DNA of 64,000 bases. It comes from Actinomycetota bacterium. Its GTDB lineage: Bacteria > Actinomycetota > Acidimicrobiia > Actinomarinales > Actinomarinaceae. The notes under the pieces were generated by a model. That model saw nothing but the letters and a program-made list of their open reading frames with translations. It was not told the origin of the DNA and made no database searches. Shown here one piece after another: positions 58,363 to 64,000 of this stretch; within the stretch, counting starts at the first letter, position 1, and the number at the start of each line of letters is the position of its first letter. The position numbers and the translations under genes are program-made. Location: positions 72,427-136,426 of the forward strand of contig JACNGE010000014.1 of the NCBI GenBank assembly GCA_014384285.1, written 5' to 3'.

Positions 58363-59880
58363 ATGAATAAAGAAATAGCAATAGATTTAAAAAATATAAC
58401 CAAAGCCTATCCAGGTGTTGTTGCAAATAAAAATGTTGATTTTCAAGTTTATAAAGGTGAAATTCACGCACTAGTAGGTGAAAATGGTGCAGGTAAATCT
58501 ACGCTAATGAAAATCCTTTATGGTATTGAACAGCCAGACGAAGGAGAAATATTTGTTAACGGCTCCTCTGAGGTAATAAGTAAAGTTGAAACCGCTATCA
58601 ATTTAGGTATTGGAATGGTTCACCAAGAATTTACACTTGTCCCAAGTTTTACAGCTCCTGAAAATATTGGTCTTGGGCAGGAACCTAAAAATAACAGAGG
58701 TCTAGTTGACTGGAAGGGCCTAAATAATGCAGTGATGGATATAGCTAAAAAATATGGTTTTGAAGTTGATCCAGGATTGAAAATGATTGATGCATCAGTA
58801 GGTGTTCAACAAAGAACAGAAATATTAAAAACACTTTATCGAAATGCAAATATTCTAATATTAGATGAACCGACAGCTGTATTAACTCCTCAAGAAACAG
58901 ATGAATTATTTACTGTTATTAGGACTCTTGTTGATGAGGGTAAAACAGTTATTTTTATAACTCACAAACTTAGAGAAGTAATGGAAATTGCTGACAGAGT
59001 TACAGTGATGAGAGCAGGAGAAGTTCAAGGAGTATCCGAGACAGGCAATACCTCAATAACGGAGCTAGCATCACAAATGGTTGGAAGAGAAGTATTTTTA
59101 CAGGTTAAAAAAGATGAGGCACAGCCAACAGAAAAAATTCTGGACGTTCAAGACTTGTGGGTTCATGATGCAAGAGGTTTATTAGCTGTAAAAGGAATAG
59201 ATCTCGACATAAAAAAAGGTGAAATTGTAGGTATTGCAGGTGTTGAGGGTAACGGCCAAACAGAGCTTGTAGAAGCTTTAACAGGGCTAAGGAAAGCAAG
59301 TAAAGGTAAAGTGATGTATTTAGATGAAGATATCGCATCAAGTTCACCAAAAAATATAAGGAGAAAAAAAATAGCTCATATCCCCGAAGACAGAACAAAT
59401 ACAGGACTTAATACCCAATTAAGTATTTGGGAAAATCTAATTGGAAACTCATATTTTAGAAAGCCATTATCAAGTAGAGGAATTTTCAACTTAAAAAAGG
59501 TTGGAGAACATGCTAATAAATTGAGAGAAGATTTTGACATAAGGGCACCAAATGTATCTTTGAAGGTTAAGTCTCTTTCAGGAGGAAACCAACAAAAAGT
59601 TGTTGTTGCTAGAGAATTGTCTGAAGATCCTTCATTAACTATTGCATCACAACCAACTCGAGGCGTAGATATTGGGAACATTGAAGCCATCCACGAGCAA
59701 CTTGTTCAAATGAGAGATGAGGGTGGCGCAGTATTACTTGTATCAGCTGAACTTGACGAAGTTATGGCTGTTGCAGATAGAGTTGGTGTAATGTATGAAG
59801 GCCAGATTGTTAAATGGGTTAATCCAAAAGAGGTAGATCAGGCACAAATGGGCTTATATATGGCAGGAGTTAAAGATTAA
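58363..59880 (+). CDS. ABC transporter ATP-binding protein, tandem-ABC type (nucleoside/sugar uptake)
   Basis: Two ABC cassettes with Walker A (GENGAGKST) and LSGG signatures (the second is LSGGNQQK). The start is taken at ATG 58363. Confidence 0.9.
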   Translation: MNKEIAIDLKNITKAYPGVVANKNVDFQVYKGEIHALVGENGAGKSTLMKILYGIEQPDEGEIFVNGSSEVISKVETAINLGIGMVHQEFTLVPSFTAPENIGLGQEPKNNRGLVDWKGLNNAVMDIAKKYGFEVDPGLKMIDASVGVQQRTEILKTLYRNANILILDEPTAVLTPQETDELFTVIRTLVDEGKTVIFITHKLREVMEIADRVTVMRAGEVQGVSETGNTSITELASQMVGREVFLQVKKDEAQPTEKILDVQDLWVHDARGLLAVKGIDLDIKKGEIVGIAGVEGNGQTELVEALTGLRKASKGKVMYLDEDIASSSPKNIRRKKIAHIPEDRTNTGLNTQLSIWENLIGNSYFRKPLSSRGIFNLKKVGEHANKLREDFDIRAPNVSLKVKSLSGGNQQKVVVARELSEDPSLTIASQPTRGVDIGNIEAIHEQLVQMRDEGGAVLLVSAELDEVMAVADRVGVMYEGQIVKWVNPKEVDQAQMGLYMAGVKD

Positions 59881-60962
59881 TGGATAAGTTTTCATTTAAA
59901 GATGTTTTAGTCACTGTTGCTGGCTTGTTTATAACTGTATTTATTGCTTGGGTTCTTATTACAGCAACAGGTAATAATCCATCAGAAGTAGCAAAATACC
60001 TCTATGAAGGCGGATTTAAAGGAACTAGAAATATTGCAAACTCACTTTATCAAGCAACTCCATTAATTCTGACTGCTGTTGCAACTCTTGTGTCATTCAG
60101 AGTTGGAATGTTTAATATTGGGATTAACGGTTCCATGTATGTCGGGGCACTTTATGCAGGTTGGGCCGGATATAGATTTACCGGCCTCGGACACTTTTCG
60201 CACGTAACCTTGTGTATTGCTATCGGAATGTTTGTAGGAGCTGCGTGGATGTTACTACCGGCTTTACTAAGAGTTTACGCCGGAGTGAGTGAAATCATTT
60301 CTACAATTATATTGAATTTCGTTGCAGTTTTATTTGTTTCTTATATGGCAAATGGACCATTTAGAGCAGACCCAATTGCACCAGCCACACCAAGGATACT
60401 TGAAACAGCTGAACTCAAACAAATTTTTCCAAACTCACAATTTAATACAGGCTTTTTTATTGCGGTATTTGTTGCAATATTGGCACATTTTGTACTAAAT
60501 AAGACCACATTTGGTTATGAGCTACGCTCTGGTGGAGATGGTTTAGTCGGAATGTACCCATCGAGATTTAGTTCATATTTAGGAATACCTTCTGACAGGT
60601 CAGCAATTACTGGAATGCTAATATCAGGTGCCCTTGGGGGACTTGCAGGGGCTATAGAAGTTTTAGGTGCAGTAAGATATTTCTTTCAAGAGCTTGAATT
60701 TAATCAGGGTTTTGATGGTATTTTAATAGGAATCCTTGGAAAATTAGAGCCAATTGGAGCAATCATTGCTTCTCTGTTTTATGGAGCAATTAAAAATGGT
60801 GGATTCTATGTTGACTATAAAACCGATGTCGCCAGAGAGATAATAATCGTACTAATTTCTATTCTAATTTTCTTTGTAAGTGCACAAAAAATTGTAAAAG
60901 GATTAGAGAAGTATCCAATCGTTAAAAAATTAGATAGTATCTTTTCAAGAAAGAAGATGTAA
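59880..60962 (+). CDS. ABC transporter permease (BMP-associated)
   Basis: 360 aa polytopic protein, overlapping the ATPase stop (ATGA). Confidence 0.8.
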   Translation: MDKFSFKDVLVTVAGLFITVFIAWVLITATGNNPSEVAKYLYEGGFKGTRNIANSLYQATPLILTAVATLVSFRVGMFNIGINGSMYVGALYAGWAGYRFTGLGHFSHVTLCIAIGMFVGAAWMLLPALLRVYAGVSEIISTIILNFVAVLFVSYMANGPFRADPIAPATPRILETAELKQIFPNSQFNTGFFIAVFVAILAHFVLNKTTFGYELRSGGDGLVGMYPSRFSSYLGIPSDRSAITGMLISGALGGLAGAIEVLGAVRYFFQELEFNQGFDGILIGILGKLEPIGAIIASLFYGAIKNGGFYVDYKTDVAREIIIVLISILIFFVSAQKIVKGLEKYPIVKKLDSIFSRKKM

Positions 60963-61888
60963 TGGAATGGATTGAAATTTTTGATATATCGCTTCTTAGG
61001 AGTTTATTAAGGTCGACTGCACCAATAGCAATTGTAGGTCTAGCAGCTGCACTTTGTTCAGCCGCAGGAGTTCTAAACATTGGGTTAGAAGGCAAAATGC
61101 TTAATGCAGCATTCGCAGGCGTGGCTGCTAGTTATTATACCGAAAGTGTTTGGGCAGGTCTTGCAGCAGGTGTAACAGCAGGTTTATTAACAGCTTTATT
61201 ATTTGGACTACTATCTTTCACCCTTGGGGCAGACGAAGTCCTTGCAGGTTTAGCGATAAATATCTTTTCTCTTGCTGGTACAACTTATTTAATGAGAACA
61301 ATTTGGGGACAGGCGGGATTTTTCTCTGATCCAAGAATTGTTGGCTTTGAACCAATTCACTTTACATTCCTAGAAGGATCATTCCTCGAACCCTTCTTAT
61401 CAGACTTCACCTACTCCGTATACCTAATGTTTTTTCTTGCTGTAGGTCTTCATATTGTTTATTACAGAACACGACTAGGAACAGCAATAAGAGCAACTGG
61501 TGAGAATCCAGAAGCTGCTGAAGATGCTGGGATTAATACGGTCAGAATAAAGTGGCTTGTAACTATATTTTCAGGAGCTTTAGCAGGGATTTCTGGTCTA
61601 TTTCTTTCACTTGAAAACTTAACAATGTTCACAGAAGGCATGTCAGCAGGTAAGGGTTACATTGGTCTCGTTGCTTCATCTTTTGGAAACAATACACCTC
61701 TGGGTACTTTTGGAGCAAGTGCATTCTTCGGACTTGGTGATGCAATTGGAATTCGCTTACAAGGTGTCTATGAGCTTGACTCCCGACTTATTTTGATGAT
61801 TCCCTACGCACTCACAGTAGTGGTTTTAATATTGATTGGTATTAGGCAGAGGCTCAAAGTTAGACCCGTGCCAATTCCAGAATCTTAA
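60962..61888 (+). CDS. ABC transporter permease (BMP-associated, second subunit)
   Basis: 308 aa polytopic protein, overlapping the previous permease. Confidence 0.8.
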   Translation: MEWIEIFDISLLRSLLRSTAPIAIVGLAAALCSAAGVLNIGLEGKMLNAAFAGVAASYYTESVWAGLAAGVTAGLLTALLFGLLSFTLGADEVLAGLAINIFSLAGTTYLMRTIWGQAGFFSDPRIVGFEPIHFTFLEGSFLEPFLSDFTYSVYLMFFLAVGLHIVYYRTRLGTAIRATGENPEAAEDAGINTVRIKWLVTIFSGALAGISGLFLSLENLTMFTEGMSAGKGYIGLVASSFGNNTPLGTFGASAFFGLGDAIGIRLQGVYELDSRLILMIPYALTVVVLILIGIRQRLKVRPVPIPES

Positions 61889-63212
61889 TTCATTGCCAGA
61901 GAACTTATTTTTAGCAAAATATATCGTTGAAGACGTTAAAACAATTCATGAAGATTCTGTTTTAGTAATTGAAAATACCAATATAAAAAAAATAATAAAA
62001 AAATCTCAACTAAAGCCGGCTGAACTTGAAAAGATAGAAGATTTAGGAGAGGTGATTCTCATGCCGGGATTAACTAATGCCCACTCTCATGTAGCTCTGA
62101 ATTCAGTAAAAGGCTTGGGTTACGGAAAGGCAAGTGCCCTATATGATGTTATGTGGGGTGTTGAGCCTTCATTAGATGAAATTTCAGTTTACAAATTGTC
62201 ACTCCTTGGAATAATAGATGCTGTTAGATCGGGAACAACAAGTATTAATGACCATTATTTTTTTGCTGACTCGGTAGCAAAGGCAGCTTCTCAGATAGGA
62301 GTTAGAGGTTTCCTGGGTCATACTGTGATGACGGAATATGGGCCATGGACAGGTCAGGAGGAAATAAAAAAAGCAAAAAAATTCGTAGATGATTGGAAAA
62401 GCTCTAAAATAATTCATCCAGTAATTGCGCCACACGAAACATCAACTGTAAGCCCAAAAGTTCTAGTTGAATTACACAAGTTTGCGACAGATTCAAATAT
62501 ACCCATGCACATACATTTAGCTCAAACTATTAAAGAAATGGATTATATAAAAGAAAAATATAAAACAAGCCCTATTAAACATGCCGCTAGTCTTGGGATA
62601 CTTGATAAAAGAGTTATTGCAGCACACTGTAAAGTTGTTGAAAGTGGGGATTTAGAAATTCTTGCAGAAAGCGATTGCTTTCCAATTCTTTGTCCAACAA
62701 CTCATGGATTATCAGGTAAACCAATGGATACAAATTTTCTTACTGAAAATAATGTTGAGTGGGGAATCGGTACAGATTGTTCTGGAGGTAATGATGACTA
62801 CGATATGCTCGAAGAAATGAGAGCTGCAATGTTAATTAACAATACGCATTCAAGGGGAAACCTTATAACTCCAAAAAAAGTTTTTGATATTTCTACAAGA
62901 TTGAACATTATGAGACTCTCTCTAAATAAAATGAATGGAACCCTTACTAAAGGACAACCTGCTGATTTTATTTCTGTAAAAATAAATAATTCAAGGATGC
63001 AGCCTCTCCATGATGTAGTGAATAATCTAGTTATGTGTGCCTCATCAAGAGAAGTCAAAGATGTATTCATTAATGGTAAAGAAGTACTTAGAAATGATGA
63101 AATAGTAGCAATAGACGAAGAAAAGGCAGTATTCGAGGGTACAGTTGCTATAAATAAAATTTTTAAAGATGCAGGTTTTAGCGGAAGAATCAAATCTGGA
63201 GAATTTGCATGA
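61836..63212 (+). CDS. Amidohydrolase-superfamily deaminase (chlorohydrolase / MTA-SAH or guanine deaminase-like)
   Basis: Carries the MPGLTNAHSHV metal-binding HxH motif, with HLAQT and DCSGG-type downstream ligands. The 5' end overlaps the permease, so the true start is likely internal. Confidence 0.75.
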   Translation: MVLGRGSKLDPCQFQNLNSLPENLFLAKYIVEDVKTIHEDSVLVIENTNIKKIIKKSQLKPAELEKIEDLGEVILMPGLTNAHSHVALNSVKGLGYGKASALYDVMWGVEPSLDEISVYKLSLLGIIDAVRSGTTSINDHYFFADSVAKAASQIGVRGFLGHTVMTEYGPWTGQEEIKKAKKFVDDWKSSKIIHPVIAPHETSTVSPKVLVELHKFATDSNIPMHIHLAQTIKEMDYIKEKYKTSPIKHAASLGILDKRVIAAHCKVVESGDLEILAESDCFPILCPTTHGLSGKPMDTNFLTENNVEWGIGTDCSGGNDDYDMLEEMRAAMLINNTHSRGNLITPKKVFDISTRLNIMRLSLNKMNGTLTKGQPADFISVKINNSRMQPLHDVVNNLVMCASSREVKDVFINGKEVLRNDEIVAIDEEKAVFEGTVAINKIFKDAGFSGRIKSGEFA

Positions 63213-64000
63213 CAAATAAATCTGTATTGCATGATCATTTGGATGGAGGATTAAGAGCAAAAACAATTATTGAACTTGCTAGTAATTTACAAATAAAACT
63301 TCCCACTGACGATGAAAACCTTTTGGAAGATTGGTTTTTTGAAAACATATCTTCACGGCAAAATCAAGTATTCAATAAGTTTGAATTAACAATATCTATA
63401 ATGCAAGATTCTGAATCACTACAGAGAATTGCTTACGAAGCAGTTGAAGATCTACGAAAAGATCAGATAGCTGAGGGAGAATTAAGATATGCACCAATGC
63501 AACACCTTAGAAAAGGATTATCTCCACAAGACGTAGTTGAATCTGTGTCCACAGGACTTAAGGAAGGCATGAAAGACTTTGGTGGTCAATTTAATCCAAT
63601 ATTATGTGCTATGAGGCAAAATGAAGACTCATTAGAAGTTGCCAACTTAGCGATTAGTAATTACTCAAACGGAGTCGTAGGTTTTGATTTAGCAGGACCA
63701 GAATTTGGACACCCTCCATCAAAACATATTGAAGCATGTAAAAAAATAAAAAATAGCAACATAGGACTTACAATTCACGCGGGTGAAGCAGCAGATTTTT
63801 CTTATATTGAAGACGCAATCATGAATTGTAACGCACAGAGAATTGGACATGGATGGCAAGTCATTGATGGGTGTATTGATACCGGAGATATATATACGCC
63901 AAATACAGATACTGCTAGATATATATTTGAAAATCAGGTACCTTTAGAAATTTGTATATCTTCTAATGTGAAGTCAGGGGCAAGTAATGTGAATTTAGAA
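63209..64000 (+). CDS. add: Adenosine deaminase. The 3' end is truncated by the window edge.
   Basis: I translated this myself. ATG 63209 overlaps the upstream stop (ATGA). It has the SVLHDHLDGG (HxHLDG) and VGFDLAGPE signature motifs. Confidence 0.8.
   Translation, partial: MTNKSVLHDHLDGGLRAKTIIELASNLQIKLPTDDENLLEDWFFENISSRQNQVFNKFELTISIMQDSESLQRIAYEAVEDLRKDQIAEGELRYAPMQHLRKGLSPQDVVESVSTGLKEGMKDFGGQFNPILCAMRQNEDSLEVANLAISNYSNGVVGFDLAGPEFGHPPSKHIEACKKIKNSNIGLTIHAGEAADFSYIEDAIMNCNAQRIGHGWQVIDGCIDTGDIYTPNTDTARYIFENQVPLEICISSNVKSGASNVNLE

Noticed and set aside
1-64000. CRISPR arrays, insertion sequences, integrases, toxin-antitoxin or defence islands
   Set aside because: There are no direct-repeat arrays, transposase/integrase-like ORFs or terminal inverted repeats. 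Every sizeable ORF has a housekeeping assignment.

Overview
The window is a 64 kb AT-rich (roughly one-third GC), gene-dense chromosomal segment, almost entirely housekeeping. Many genes overlap by 1-8 nt (ATGA/TAATG junctions), suggesting a streamlined genome. The synteny tilS-hpt-ftsH-folE-folP-folB-folK-panC-coaX-lysS-clpC, an HrdB-like sigma factor, an LLM oxidoreductase and the ClpC/FtsH block point to an actinobacterium with low-GC, marine/freshwater-style streamlining. Main blocks: a Bacillus-style caa3 cytochrome oxidase operon ctaC-ctaD-ctaE-ctaF-ctaG with divergent ctaB (heme O synthase) and a separate ctaA; then lgt, a Na/Ca exchanger, pepN, gnd, hflX, an RpoD-type sigma, tldD/pmbA, a photolyase/cryptochrome family gene, an IDO-family heme dioxygenase, ald, leuCD, a K+-dependent membrane pyrophosphatase with a cation/H+ antiporter, topA, tmk-holB, metK and metY-metX, the folate/pantothenate/lysS/clpC block, and a purine-nucleoside salvage cluster (iunH, BMP-type ABC transporter, amidohydrolase, add). 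The two methionine loci each carry a homologous SAM-riboswitch-like leader. Two tRNAs are present: tRNA-Thr(CGU) and an unusual 95-nt long-arm tRNA with anticodon UCA, which would decode UGA and is therefore a selenocysteine tRNA or opal-suppressor candidate. I found no mobile elements, CRISPR arrays or obvious defence islands. The most interesting signals are the UCA tRNA, the compact SAM-riboswitch pair, a catalytically dead DUSP-like protein inserted in the folate operon, and an IDO homologue sharing a palindromic divergent promoter with a photolyase gene.
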